DNA of 64,000 nucleotides from contig JAKSUY010000002.1 in assembly GCA_024408495.1 (NCBI GenBank), forward strand, positions 127-64,126. Reading direction: 5' to 3'. Below are positions 17,861-27,281 of this stretch, in pieces (within the stretch, counting starts at the first letter, position 1; each line of letters starts with the position of its first letter). A program made the position numbers and the translations under genes. This stretch comes from Bacilli bacterium. GTDB lineage: Bacteria; Bacillota_I; Bacilli_A; RFN20; CAG-826. A model generated the notes under the pieces. The model made no database searches, had not been told where the DNA came from, and worked only from the letters and a program-made list of their open reading frames with translations.

Positions 17861-19585
17861 ATTGAAATTACAAGAGACATTCTTAATCATTCATCTGCGC
17901 ACCTATTAGCGCACGCCATTCATCATCTTTATCCAAAAGCATTATTTGCGATTGGACCAAGCATTGAAGAAGGCTTTTATTATGATATTGATTTTAACGA
18001 TACTGTTTTAACGGAAAACGATTTCGCTAAAATCGAAGCCGAAATGAAGAAGATTTCTAAAGAAAATATTAAAATCGTTCGTAAGGAAATTTCTAAAGAT
18101 GAAGCGCTTAATTTATTTAAAGATAATCCATATAAGGTTGAACTCATCAAAGAATTAAAAGATGATGAGAAAATTAGTGTTTATGAACAAGGCGACTTTA
18201 CCGATTTATGTCGTGGTCCTCATGTTGGATATACGGGTAATCTTAAACACTTTAAACTTCTTAGTTTAGCCGGCGCTTATTGGCGTGGTGATAGCAAAAA
18301 TAAACAACTCACAAGAATATATGGAACAAGCGCAAAAACGAAAGAAGAATTAGACGCTTATTTAAAACTTCTAGAAGAGCGTAAAGCACGTGATCATAGA
18401 AAACTAGGTAAAGAACTTGGATTATTTATGATAAGTGAATACGGCCCAGGTTTCCCGTTCTGGTTACCACGTGGAATGATTCTTAGAAACGAACTTGAAA
18501 ATTATTGGTATGAAAGGCATACCGAAGAAGGTTACGTCTTTGTTAAGACCCCAATTATGTTAAGTAAAGAGCTTTGGATTACTAGCGGACATTGGGCGAA
18601 TTATAAAGACAATATGTATACTTCTAAAATCGATGATAAAGAATTCGCGATTAAACCCATGAACTGCCCAGGTGGTATGCTCATTTATAAAAATGTTTTA
18701 CATTCTTATAAGGATTTACCAATTCGCATGGGCGAACTTGGTTTAGTCCATCGAAACGAAGCTAGCGGCGCGCTCGCTGGTTTATTCCGCGTGAGAACTT
18801 TCACGCAAGATGATGCCCATATCTTCTGCCGGAAAGATCAACTTCAAGATGAAATTAAGAAGATGCTTAAACTTTACGATGAGATGTATTCACTTTTCAA
18901 TCTTAATTATTCAATTGAATTGTCCACTCGTCCAGAGAATAAATATATTGGTGATATTAAGATTTGGGATGAGTCCGAAAAGATTCTAGAAGAAGTATGT
19001 AAAGCTAGCGGGAAAGAATTTAAGATTAATAAAGGCGACGGGGCTTTCTATGGTCCTAAACTTGATTTTAAGATTCGAGATTCGATGAATCGAATCTGGC
19101 AATGCGGTACGATTCAACTTGATATGAATCTTCCCGAAAGATTCGATTTAACTTATGTCGATGAAAATAACAATAAGGTAAGACCGATTATGCTCCACAG
19201 AGCATTATTTGGAAGCATTGAAAGATTTATTGGCATTTTAATCGAACATTATGGCGGAGCCTTCCCGGTTTGGTTATCTCCCGAACAAGTAAGAGTATTA
19301 CCCGTTAATAACGAGTTCCATTTAGAACACGCTAAAAAAGTAGTGGAAGAAATGAAAAAACTTCATATCCGCGCTAGATTAGATGATAGTAACGAAAAAC
19401 TTGGATATCGTTTAAGAAACGCTCAAATAATGAAAATTCCTTACACCATTGTAATTGGCGATAAAGAAAGAGATAACGCTACTCTTACCTATCGTAAGTT
19501 TGGTGAACAAGCACAAACCACCGTTAAACAAGACGAATTTATTAAATTAGTATTAGATACCATTAAGGCTAAGAAAAAGGCTTAA
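17861..19585 (+). CDS. thrS: Threonine--tRNA ligase lacking the N-terminal TGS domain; start codon uncertain (probably non-ATG)
   Basis: The ORF track starts at ATG 18044, but the frame is open from 17852. The 62 upstream codons encode the conserved editing-domain motif HSSAHLLAHAIHHLYP...GPSIEEGFYYD. Class II motifs FRVRTFTQDDAH and GAFYGPK are present, as is an anticodon-binding domain. Confidence 0.9.
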   Translation: MEITRDILNHSSAHLLAHAIHHLYPKALFAIGPSIEEGFYYDIDFNDTVLTENDFAKIEAEMKKISKENIKIVRKEISKDEALNLFKDNPYKVELIKELKDDEKISVYEQGDFTDLCRGPHVGYTGNLKHFKLLSLAGAYWRGDSKNKQLTRIYGTSAKTKEELDAYLKLLEERKARDHRKLGKELGLFMISEYGPGFPFWLPRGMILRNELENYWYERHTEEGYVFVKTPIMLSKELWITSGHWANYKDNMYTSKIDDKEFAIKPMNCPGGMLIYKNVLHSYKDLPIRMGELGLVHRNEASGALAGLFRVRTFTQDDAHIFCRKDQLQDEIKKMLKLYDEMYSLFNLNYSIELSTRPENKYIGDIKIWDESEKILEEVCKASGKEFKINKGDGAFYGPKLDFKIRDSMNRIWQCGTIQLDMNLPERFDLTYVDENNNKVRPIMLHRALFGSIERFIGILIEHYGGAFPVWLSPEQVRVLPVNNEFHLEHAKKVVEEMKKLHIRARLDDSNEKLGYRLRNAQIMKIPYTIVIGDKERDNATLTYRKFGEQAQTTVKQDEFIKLVLDTIKAKKKA

Positions 19586-19808
19586 TTATTATTTGCTGGT
19601 TTAAATTATTGGACCATGTTCAACGTTTTTTGATTTTCTAGAACATTAATAAACAGGTTATATTAAAATGAAATTAGGTATGAAAAAGAAAAAGGTGACT
19701 TTAAAAGATCCAAACGCCAAAGCGATGTGGGGGAGAACTAAATCCGTAACTTTTAAAGACAAAACAAAATACACTAGAAAAGTAAAACACAAAAATAATT
19801 ACAATTAA

Positions 19809-20237
19809 TTATTGTTCAATCATTTGAATGCGAGTTAAATGACGCCCGCCGTCAAATGGAGTATTCAAAAAGATATCTACGCGATGAAGTACATCATCTA
19901 ATTTCATAAATTTTTGACCAAAGCTAATCGCATTTGCGTTATTATGATGTCTCATCAAGCTTACTACTTCATCATCGTAGCCAACTCCGCATCTAATTCC
20001 TTTAAAGCGATTCGCGGTCATACATACGCCTTCTCCAGTTGTGCACACTAGAATTACTCTTTCGACTTTATTGTCCGCTAGCATTTGACACGCTTTCTTG
20101 GCAAATTCTGGATAATGACAGGAATCGAGCGAATTCGTGCCACAATCAAAAGTTTCGTGATTATTTTTCTTTAAATGTTCAATAATCTTAGTTTTATACT
20201 CAAGACCCCCATGGTCACTTGCTAATGCGATTTTCAT
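19809..20237 (-). CDS. rpiB: Ribose-5-phosphate isomerase B (RpiB/LacAB family)
   Basis: 142 aa with MKIALASDHGG, VCTTGEGVCMTANR and MRHHNNAN motifs. Confidence 0.9.
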   Translation of the reverse strand: MKIALASDHGGLEYKTKIIEHLKKNNHETFDCGTNSLDSCHYPEFAKKACQMLADNKVERVILVCTTGEGVCMTANRFKGIRCGVGYDDEVVSLMRHHNNANAISFGQKFMKLDDVLHRVDIFLNTPFDGGRHLTRIQMIEQ

Positions 20238-20839
20238 AATTTGTTATATACCTCAATTAATTTCTTTGAAGGTATTTTACCTTCACGAATCACTTTTATT
20301 TTATCACTAATTAAAATAACCGTAGAGGGTTTATCTTTCTTAATCTTAGCGTTAATAACGGCATCTAACTCACCTTCAAATTCTTTTTTGATTAATTTAA
20401 TATCACTTAATGGTTCTTCATTACTTCGATTAAGCGAAGGGACTAGTAACGGTCCGCTTAATTTTAAAAGACTAAGCGCTATTTTGTGATCAGGGACTCT
20501 AATTCCAATATAACCGTCTTTACTTAAATATTTAGGCATCCCTAATTTAGCGGGAAGAATTAAAGTAACTGATCCAGGTAGTATCTTTTTAATAAATGCT
20601 GTTATCTTCTTATTAAGTTTAGCGAATTTCTTAATATCGTTAATATCACCAAGCATTAATGTATATGGTTTATTAGGTGTTCGCCTTTTTAATTTATTTA
20701 AGGCTTTATAAGCTTTGTTTGAATTATAAATTGCGCCTACACCATAAACGGTTTCCGTAGGAAACGCTACTAATTTACCTTGTTTTAAAAGTAACGCTGC
20801 GCGTTTTATGTTTTGTGAGGAATTAGAAAGAATTAACAT
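20234..20839 (-). CDS. tsaC: L-threonylcarbamoyladenylate synthase (TsaC/YwlC/Sua5 family)
   Basis: 201 aa with VAFPTETVYGVGA and YTLML motifs. It overlaps the rpiB start by 4 nt. Confidence 0.85.
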   Translation of the reverse strand: MLILSNSSQNIKRAALLLKQGKLVAFPTETVYGVGAIYNSNKAYKALNKLKRRTPNKPYTLMLGDINDIKKFAKLNKKITAFIKKILPGSVTLILPAKLGMPKYLSKDGYIGIRVPDHKIALSLLKLSGPLLVPSLNRSNEEPLSDIKLIKKEFEGELDAVINAKIKKDKPSTVILISDKIKVIREGKIPSKKLIEVYNKL

Positions 20840-21691
20840 TTATAAATATAACTTTTTATAATACATCTTTGCGTAATCAATAATCATATTATTATCAATT
20901 AAAGCCTTAACTTGTTTTTTGGCAACTTTTAGAGCTCTATCGTTACTAAATTTACTCGGAACAAAGCAAAAATAATTGATGGATTTTTCTTTATAAAGGT
21001 AACTAACTACAATCTCTTTAAAATCTTTATTGTTGTTCGGTGCTTTTTTAAATTTGAAAGTAAAATCGTTTAGAACGTAACTTTTTGCCTTAATTTCTTT
21101 ATCATTAATCTTTTCTAGTGCTGCTAAAAATGAAGTATTCTCCGCGTTTAATTCTGAGGTAATTCTATTTCTTCTTTTTATAAGGTCTATCTTATAAGCT
21201 TCAACTTGGCGTTGTTGGTCTTCCTTAGCTTGGATTAGTTTGGCTTCCGCTTCTTTTTTAAGCGCAATTTCCCTTTCTTTTTCTTGAATACGCTTAGCCT
21301 TTTCTTCTTTCTTAAGCGCAAGTTTCTTTTCTTTTTCTTGAATACGTTTGGCTTCCTCTTCTTTCTTTAAAGCCGCAAGTTTTTCTTTTTGCGCTAATTT
21401 AGCTACAATTTTTCTTTCTCTTTCGATTTCTTTAGTTTGTCTGTTTTTTTCAGCTTCTAACTTTTTTTGATCCTGTTTAGCTTTTGAATAAGCTAAATTT
21501 TCCGCTTTCATAATTTCTTTATTTCGCTGTTCCAACAAAAATTCGGTTTTTTTATCTTGTTTAGCTTTATCCTTTATAGCTTTATGCACTAAAGCATCTT
21601 GCTTTTTTTTGGCTTTCACCACTTTTTTTTCTTTAGCGTTTTTAATCTTAATTGATTTCTTATTTTCTTTCATATCAAGTATTATATACAA
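20840..21691 (-). CDS. Lys/Glu-rich repeat protein, hypothetical
   Basis: 283-aa ORF containing 18-aa tandem repeats AKRIQEKEKKLALKKEEK. It sits between prmC and tsaC in the same operon. Confidence 0.6.
   Translation of the reverse strand: MYIILDMKENKKSIKIKNAKEKKVVKAKKKQDALVHKAIKDKAKQDKKTEFLLEQRNKEIMKAENLAYSKAKQDQKKLEAEKNRQTKEIERERKIVAKLAQKEKLAALKKEEEAKRIQEKEKKLALKKEEKAKRIQEKEREIALKKEAEAKLIQAKEDQQRQVEAYKIDLIKRRNRITSELNAENTSFLAALEKINDKEIKAKSYVLNDFTFKFKKAPNNNKDFKEIVVSYLYKEKSINYFCFVPSKFSNDRALKVAKKQVKALIDNNMIIDYAKMYYKKLYL
21247..21400 (-). repeat. About 54-nt tandem coding repeat (about 2.7 units) inside the K/E-rich gene
   Basis: CTTCTTT(T/C)TTAAGCGCAA(T/G)TT...TTTTTCTTGAATACG(C/T)TT(A/G)GC repeated head-to-tail. 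Confidence 0.7.
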
Positions 21692-21712
21692 GTTTCATTA
21701 ATAATGAAAGTT

Positions 21713-22537
21713 TTAGATAAGCACGGTTAAAAAACGAACTTTGCCATTAATATCTTTAGAAAAATTGAAACTATATTGGTCGATTTTTCTATTCATTAAT
21801 TCTTTTAATTCATCTACTATATTTGGTGCAATTTCAAATAACATCAAACACGGAGATTTTACTCTATTGCTTTCAAACACTTTTTGATAAACGTTATTTT
21901 GCTTAGAAATAAATAACGCCGAATGAGGCTCATAATCTAAAACACTTTGATCGACATCTTTCTTGAATTTAATGTATGGGGGATTAGATACGATTATATC
22001 GTATTTTATCTTATTATTTGGGAAAGTATCCGCATGATATACATTGACTTTAACATGATGATTTTTAATATTGTGTTCGGCAACTTTAATTGCTTTTTCG
22101 CTTATTTCAGTTGCATCAACTCTAGCATCGGGGAATTCTTTTTTTAATTTAATCGCAATTACTCCACTTCCAGTACCGATATCAAGAATATTTAAATTCT
22201 TTTTATTTGGATAATATTCATTAATTCTTTTAACTGCTAAAGCGAGTAATTCTTCAGTCTCCGCTCGAGGAATTAAAACGTCTTTATTTACATAATAAAT
22301 ATCACCTAAAAAATAAGCTTTATTGCTAATATAAGAAAGAGGGACTCCATCTTTTAACTGTTGAAAGCCTTTTTCAATAACTTTTGTGTCTTTAATTTCT
22401 TGATCTAAATTTAAATAAAAAGAAGAAGCGAAATCCATATCTAATAAATCCATAATTAAGAAGCGAATATCTAGTTCATTTATTTGATATTTTTTGCCTT
22501 CTTTAATTAATGATAAATAAAGTTCTTTTAATTTCAT
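21713..22537 (-). CDS. prmC: Release factor glutamine N5-methyltransferase
   Basis: 274 aa with SAM motif ILDIGTGSG and catalytic VSNPPYI. It overlaps prfA by 4 nt. Confidence 0.92.
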   Translation of the reverse strand: MKLKELYLSLIKEGKKYQINELDIRFLIMDLLDMDFASSFYLNLDQEIKDTKVIEKGFQQLKDGVPLSYISNKAYFLGDIYYVNKDVLIPRAETEELLALAVKRINEYYPNKKNLNILDIGTGSGVIAIKLKKEFPDARVDATEISEKAIKVAEHNIKNHHVKVNVYHADTFPNNKIKYDIIVSNPPYIKFKKDVDQSVLDYEPHSALFISKQNNVYQKVFESNRVKSPCLMLFEIAPNIVDELKELMNRKIDQYSFNFSKDINGKVRFLTVLI

Positions 22538-23607
22538 TTATTTAACATCTTTTGTTCATTGTCAAAATGGATTAAAGCTTCGATGATATCTTCGATATCG
22601 CCTTCCATTACTCGATCTAATTCTTGTAAAGTAAAGTTAATTCTGTGATCAGTCACACGGTTCTGCGGATAGTTATAAGTTCTAATCTTTTCACTACGTT
22701 CTCCATGCCCAACTTTAAGTTTTCTTTCTTTACCCATTTTTTCTTGTTGCTCATCAAGCGCTTTTTGATACACTTTGGTACGTAACATTTGCATACAAAT
22801 TTCTCGGTTCTGAATTTGACTCTTTTCGGTTTGACAAGAGACCACAATTCCCGTTGGTTTATGCGTCATTCTAACCGCGGATTCGGTTTTGTTAACATTT
22901 TGACCGCCTGCACCTTGACTCCGATAAGTATCAACTTCAATATCACTTGGATTAATGACAATATCGATTTCTTCAGCTTCTGGCATCACTAAAACAGTTG
23001 CGGTTGAGGTGTGAATACGCCCGCTTGCTTCCGTCTTAGGCACGCGCTGCACACGATGCGCGCCTGATTCATATTTAAGTTTAGAGTATACTTTCTCACC
23101 ACTAATCTTAAAGGATATATTAGAAAATCCACCAGCATTTGAATAACTAGCATCTAATAATTGAATACGCCAACTATTCTTTTCCGCGTATTTGGTATAC
23201 ATTCTAAATAAATCGCCCGCGAAGATATTGGCTTCATCTCCACCGACAGCGCCTTTAATCTCAACAATGATGTTTTTATCATCGTTTGGATCTTGGGGAA
23301 GTAGTAGAACCGTTAATTTAGCGATTAATTCTTCCATTAGATTGCTTAAACGTTTATGTTCTTCTTTACCAAAATTAGCGATTTCTGTGTCTTTATCGTT
23401 AGACATAGTTAAAGCATCTTTAACGTTCTTTTCAGCTTCTAGGTATTGCTTAAAAAGCTCTCCGATTTCATCAAGAAGCGCTCTTTCTTTACTTAAATCA
23501 CGAAAAAGCTTCTTGTTTTTAATCGTAGATTCAAGAAGAAGCTCGTTATCAATTTCTTTTAGTCTAGTAGCGCTTGCTACAAGACGATTTCGCATATTTT
23601 CTTCCAT
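22534..23607 (-). CDS. prfA: Peptide chain release factor 1
   Basis: 357 aa with a PxT-type recognition region, GGQ motif [11 protein letters not shown], and HRVQRVP. Confidence 0.97.
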   Translation of the reverse strand: MEENMRNRLVASATRLKEIDNELLLESTIKNKKLFRDLSKERALLDEIGELFKQYLEAEKNVKDALTMSNDKDTEIANFGKEEHKRLSNLMEELIAKLTVLLLPQDPNDDKNIIVEIKGAVGGDEANIFAGDLFRMYTKYAEKNSWRIQLLDASYSNAGGFSNISFKISGEKVYSKLKYESGAHRVQRVPKTEASGRIHTSTATVLVMPEAEEIDIVINPSDIEVDTYRSQGAGGQNVNKTESAVRMTHKPTGIVVSCQTEKSQIQNREICMQMLRTKVYQKALDEQQEKMGKERKLKVGHGERSEKIRTYNYPQNRVTDHRINFTLQELDRVMEGDIEDIIEALIHFDNEQKMLNK

Positions 23608-23726
23608 AAACGTTTAGATTATAAAATAAAACATAAAAAACTAGCAATAATTATTATTTTAAGCCTACTTTTTTAAGCATTAAGAAGCATTGTTTCTAGA
23701 AGTTATTTCTAGTGATAAATTAAATC

Positions 23727-23755
23727 TTGATATTTTTACGGTGTACCGTTAAAAT
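23727..23755 (+). promoter_or_regulatory. Sigma-70-type promoter TTGATA-17-TAAAAT with an ACGGT-gt-ACCGT inverted repeat in the spacer; probably yields a leaderless mRNA
   Basis: -35 at 23727..23732 and -10 at 23750..23755. The ATG at 23762 lies 7 nt after the -10 and has no SD upstream. Confidence 0.5.
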
Positions 23756-23761
23756 TATGAT

Positions 23762-24145
23762 ATGACATTTTTAGATTTATTAGCATTTAAGCACTTGAGC
23801 ATTACCGACTTATCAAAAAAAAGTGGGGTAGCGAATTCTACTGTTAACGACATCGCACATGGTCGTTACGATTTGATCGATTGTAGTGGAAGAATTCTTC
23901 AGGCATTTGCTACTGCACTAAAAATAAAGATTGAGGACTTATTAGCGCTAGAGAAAGAAGAGGCTACTACTCTTCTACCATCTTTTTTAAATGACTCCAT
24001 AACAAAATATCGAAAAGCTATAAAAAACGAAGATTTTTCTGCTGACTGCTATAGCATAGAATTAAATAGTTCTATTAATGTTGCCGAAGTAGAAAATCTG
24101 ATTAGTAAAGAAACCGCTAATCGTTTAAGAAGGAGGTATTTCTAA
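23762..24145 (+). CDS. XRE-family helix-turn-helix protein, putative HipB-like antitoxin
   Basis: The N-terminus (LSITDLSKKSGVANSTVNDIAHGR) is a Cro/C1-type HTH. The gene ends 1 nt before the kinase gene. Confidence 0.7.
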   Translation: MTFLDLLAFKHLSITDLSKKSGVANSTVNDIAHGRYDLIDCSGRILQAFATALKIKIEDLLALEKEEATTLLPSFLNDSITKYRKAIKNEDFSADCYSIELNSSINVAEVENLISKETANRLRRRYF

Positions 24146-24146
24146 T

Positions 24147-25031
24147 ATGATTGATTTTACTAATTGCAAACAATTAAAAAAAGCCTATGGTGGAGCTAAT
24201 GGAAATAAGCTATCGATTGTTAGAAACGGTAAAGTATATATGCTTAAATTCCCTGCTTATGCAAAAAGAAATCCAAACATCACATATACCAATAGTTGCG
24301 TTTCGGAATATTTAGGATCTCACATTTTTAATATGCTTGGAGTTAAGGCTCAAAATACAATTTTAGGTAAATATTATTTCAATGGTAAAGAAAAAAACGT
24401 AGTCGCCTGTGAAGATTTCACTTCCGATAATTCTTATACTTTCTTAGATTTTGCCTCGATTAAAAACAAAATCATCGACTCGAATTCTAACGGATATGGA
24501 ACCGAACTTAAAGACGTTCTCCAAGTAATCGAAAGCCAAAACGTTATGGAAAGTAAAATCTTGTTAAACTTTTTTTGGGATATGTTTGTAATTGATGCCT
24601 TTGTGGGCAATTGGGATCGTCATAATGGCAACTGGGGTTTTTTATATGATGGTAAAAAAGATACTATGACCATCGCCCCGGTTTTTGATTTAGGTTCCTC
24701 ATTATTTCCTCAAATCGATGAATCTATCATCGCTACTGTATTAAAATCAAAGGCAGAAATGAACAAAAGAGTTACTGATTTCCCAACATCTGCATTATTG
24801 ATCGATAACAAAAGAATTAATTATTATTCTTTTATCACTGAACATATGAGTAAAGATTGTGATGCAGCAATCAAGCGAATTGCCAAAAGAATTAATATGG
24901 ATGAAATAAACAAACTAATTGATAGTATTGAAATTATTGATAATAACCATAAAGCTTTTCTTAAACAAATATTGAAACTACGAAAAACAATGATTATCGA
25001 TAAGGCTTTAAACGATTTAAAATCCAATTAA
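24147..25031 (+). CDS. HipA-like Ser/Thr kinase, core kinase domain only (putative toxin)
   Basis: Catalytic loop FVGNWDRHNGNWGF matches the HipA_C D-R-H-x-x-N signature. An activation-loop-like FDLGSS is present. It is only 294 aa. Confidence 0.7.
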   Translation: MIDFTNCKQLKKAYGGANGNKLSIVRNGKVYMLKFPAYAKRNPNITYTNSCVSEYLGSHIFNMLGVKAQNTILGKYYFNGKEKNVVACEDFTSDNSYTFLDFASIKNKIIDSNSNGYGTELKDVLQVIESQNVMESKILLNFFWDMFVIDAFVGNWDRHNGNWGFLYDGKKDTMTIAPVFDLGSSLFPQIDESIIATVLKSKAEMNKRVTDFPTSALLIDNKRINYYSFITEHMSKDCDAAIKRIAKRINMDEINKLIDSIEIIDNNHKAFLKQILKLRKTMIIDKALNDLKSN

Positions 25032-25178
25032 CTATTAAGGCGATTTCGTATATTTTCACCTATAATTGCTATGACTATGGCATAAAAGATAGCTTTTGAT
25101 ATAAAAATTATTTGCTTTAATGTAATTAAACTTGTAAAATCATAGAGCGTGTTTATTTATAAACAAGGGTTTTAAATT

Positions 25179-27281
25179 ATGAAAAAGTCAAAATTAATCA
25201 CATGCCTATCCGCCACATTTGTATCGGCGATGGCTCTAATGAGTTGTTCCTCATTAATTAAATCAAGGAGCGGTGTCATCTTAACAGTCGATGGCGTGGA
25301 ATACACAGCCGAAGAATTGTTTAACGATCAAAAGACACCAGCAGCTGCAGAAGCGAAATTTAACGCAGTCTATAAAGTTGCAGTACGTGCACATTTCACT
25401 AAAGATCATCCTGGTTATAGTGATATGGATGAAATTACTCGTAACACTAAGATTAAAATTAATGAACAAAAAGCAACTGCTCAATCTAACGCGGAGAAAA
25501 ACGGCACTAAATACGATGAAGAATGGGAAAAGATTCTTGATTCTAATAGTGTAGAAGATGAACAAGGCTTATACGATAAATTTGAATACGAACTTCAAAA
25601 AGAGAAATTCGAAGATAAATTATACGAGAATAACTACGATGTTTTAAGAAGCGGGGGAGTACTCCACGGAGATACAGAAGATACTCCAACAGGTCAAACT
25701 CCTGTTCCTGGTTATCTAAACGAAAAGATGCCATATCACATGAAGCATATCTTAGTTAAAGTTAGTGCTGCTAGTGGTGATAATACAACTGGAACCATTA
25801 CTGCGGATGAATCTGAAAAACTCTATAACGTTATTAAAAACTTAGCTAGTGGAGCAGATTTCGATGCGGTTTCTAATGACTTTAGTGATGATACTACTGC
25901 AGTTGAAAGCCACGCGAGCTTAGGTATTATGAGCCGCGATACTTCATTTGTTGATGATTTTAAATTAGGTACTTATTTCTATGAAGCTGAATACGGAAAG
26001 AGTACTAGTGGATTACTTGGCAGTCCATATAATCCACAAAAAGCGCATGATGCATTATTTAAGGACACACCAGTCGCTGAAAGTTGGGAAGAAAAAATTA
26101 AAGATTTAGAAGATCCGACTTCTGGCGAAACCTTAGGCGTAATTCCTTACGAAGCAGCTTTAAAATTAGCAAAGAAGAAGGATGGCGGATACGCTGATGT
26201 TAATTATGAAGATATTCCAAATCTTACTGCTGCTAAAGTTAGTAAAGATAATTTTAAAGATAAATATCTCCCACGTAACATTATCTTTAATAAATATTTC
26301 AATAAGCACAACATAATGGTTATCGCGCCTGCCAAGTTGCCAACATATGATCAAGATAAACTTATCGGAGATACTAAAGATATGTATTATTTCACCGGTG
26401 ATGGAAAATTACGTAAAAGTAAAGATAATTACGCCCTTACATACGATAGCACCTATGCTAAAGAAAAAGGATTTAGCCATGCCGCTAAAAACGGTGATGA
26501 TATAATCGCCGGCACAACGTTAAGTAAAATCATTACTGAACTTGAACCCACTAACGCTACAGGCGATCAACACATCTTACGTGATCAAAATGGTAGAACT
26601 ATTTTTGTTTTCCGCAGCGGAAGCGGTGGTTCTGATGATAGCGGTTATCAAGGCATTCACTTTGTGGTTATCGAAAGAAGTCCATTTATCGGAAAAGAAT
26701 TCGATGATGGTGATCCTGTTGAAACAAATAAGAAATTCACTACATTAGATGAATACTATACTCATTATTATCCTGGCCAATCAGGTGGTAGCCATCCACA
26801 ATATGAAGGCACTACAGATGACAAGCACACTTATGTTAACTACATTATGAGTGAAACTGATTCCAAAAAATTAAAAGATAGAGCGGATTCAGTGAAATCT
26901 GAATTAAAGAAATGCACTTCTGATTTAAATACTTATATCTATGATTATTTAATTAAGACAAATGCAGTTAAATTTAATCCAGATAGTAAAGAAGCGGAAG
27001 CTATCCAAAACTCTATTGAAACATGGATTAAGATTAATCGTGAAGATGCAGCAATCGAAAAGACACGCAGTTGGGATAACAATTGGCAAACTTATTATTA
27101 CAGTCTTGCCGCAAAGAGCGCTGAGCGTGAAGAAATCGATAACAAGGAAGAAGCCGCTGAAGCCGGATATACGAGTCGTCTTGTTCCTGAAGCGTGTACA
27201 GCGGCTTTATTCAGCACAAAAACTAGCATAATTAGTTTCATCACAAGCGCTTTTGATGTAGGAGGTGTGTTCCATGAATAA
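25179..27281 (+). CDS. Large lipoprotein with parvulin-type PPIase (PrsA-like foldase) domain
   Basis: Signal peptide with LMSCSS lipobox. The rotamase signature is YHMKHILVKV...GADFDAVSNDFSDD...SLG. Confidence 0.65.
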   Translation: MKKSKLITCLSATFVSAMALMSCSSLIKSRSGVILTVDGVEYTAEELFNDQKTPAAAEAKFNAVYKVAVRAHFTKDHPGYSDMDEITRNTKIKINEQKATAQSNAEKNGTKYDEEWEKILDSNSVEDEQGLYDKFEYELQKEKFEDKLYENNYDVLRSGGVLHGDTEDTPTGQTPVPGYLNEKMPYHMKHILVKVSAASGDNTTGTITADESEKLYNVIKNLASGADFDAVSNDFSDDTTAVESHASLGIMSRDTSFVDDFKLGTYFYEAEYGKSTSGLLGSPYNPQKAHDALFKDTPVAESWEEKIKDLEDPTSGETLGVIPYEAALKLAKKKDGGYADVNYEDIPNLTAAKVSKDNFKDKYLPRNIIFNKYFNKHNIMVIAPAKLPTYDQDKLIGDTKDMYYFTGDGKLRKSKDNYALTYDSTYAKEKGFSHAAKNGDDIIAGTTLSKIITELEPTNATGDQHILRDQNGRTIFVFRSGSGGSDDSGYQGIHFVVIERSPFIGKEFDDGDPVETNKKFTTLDEYYTHYYPGQSGGSHPQYEGTTDDKHTYVNYIMSETDSKKLKDRADSVKSELKKCTSDLNTYIYDYLIKTNAVKFNPDSKEAEAIQNSIETWIKINREDAAIEKTRSWDNNWQTYYYSLAAKSAEREEIDNKEEAAEAGYTSRLVPEACTAALFSTKTSIISFITSAFDVGGVFHE

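Noticed and set aside
19668-19808. 46-aa highly basic ORF (MKLGMKKKKVTLKDPNAKAMWGRTKSVTFKDKTKYTRKVKHKNNYN) between thrS and rpiB
   Set aside because: It has no SD and no recognisable family, and such ORFs arise easily in A-rich DNA. It is not called as a gene, though ribosome profiling could revisit it.
23192-23617. 141-aa plus-strand ORF antisense to prfA
   Set aside because: It is a Ser/Leu-rich antisense artefact of a conserved gene, with no start context.
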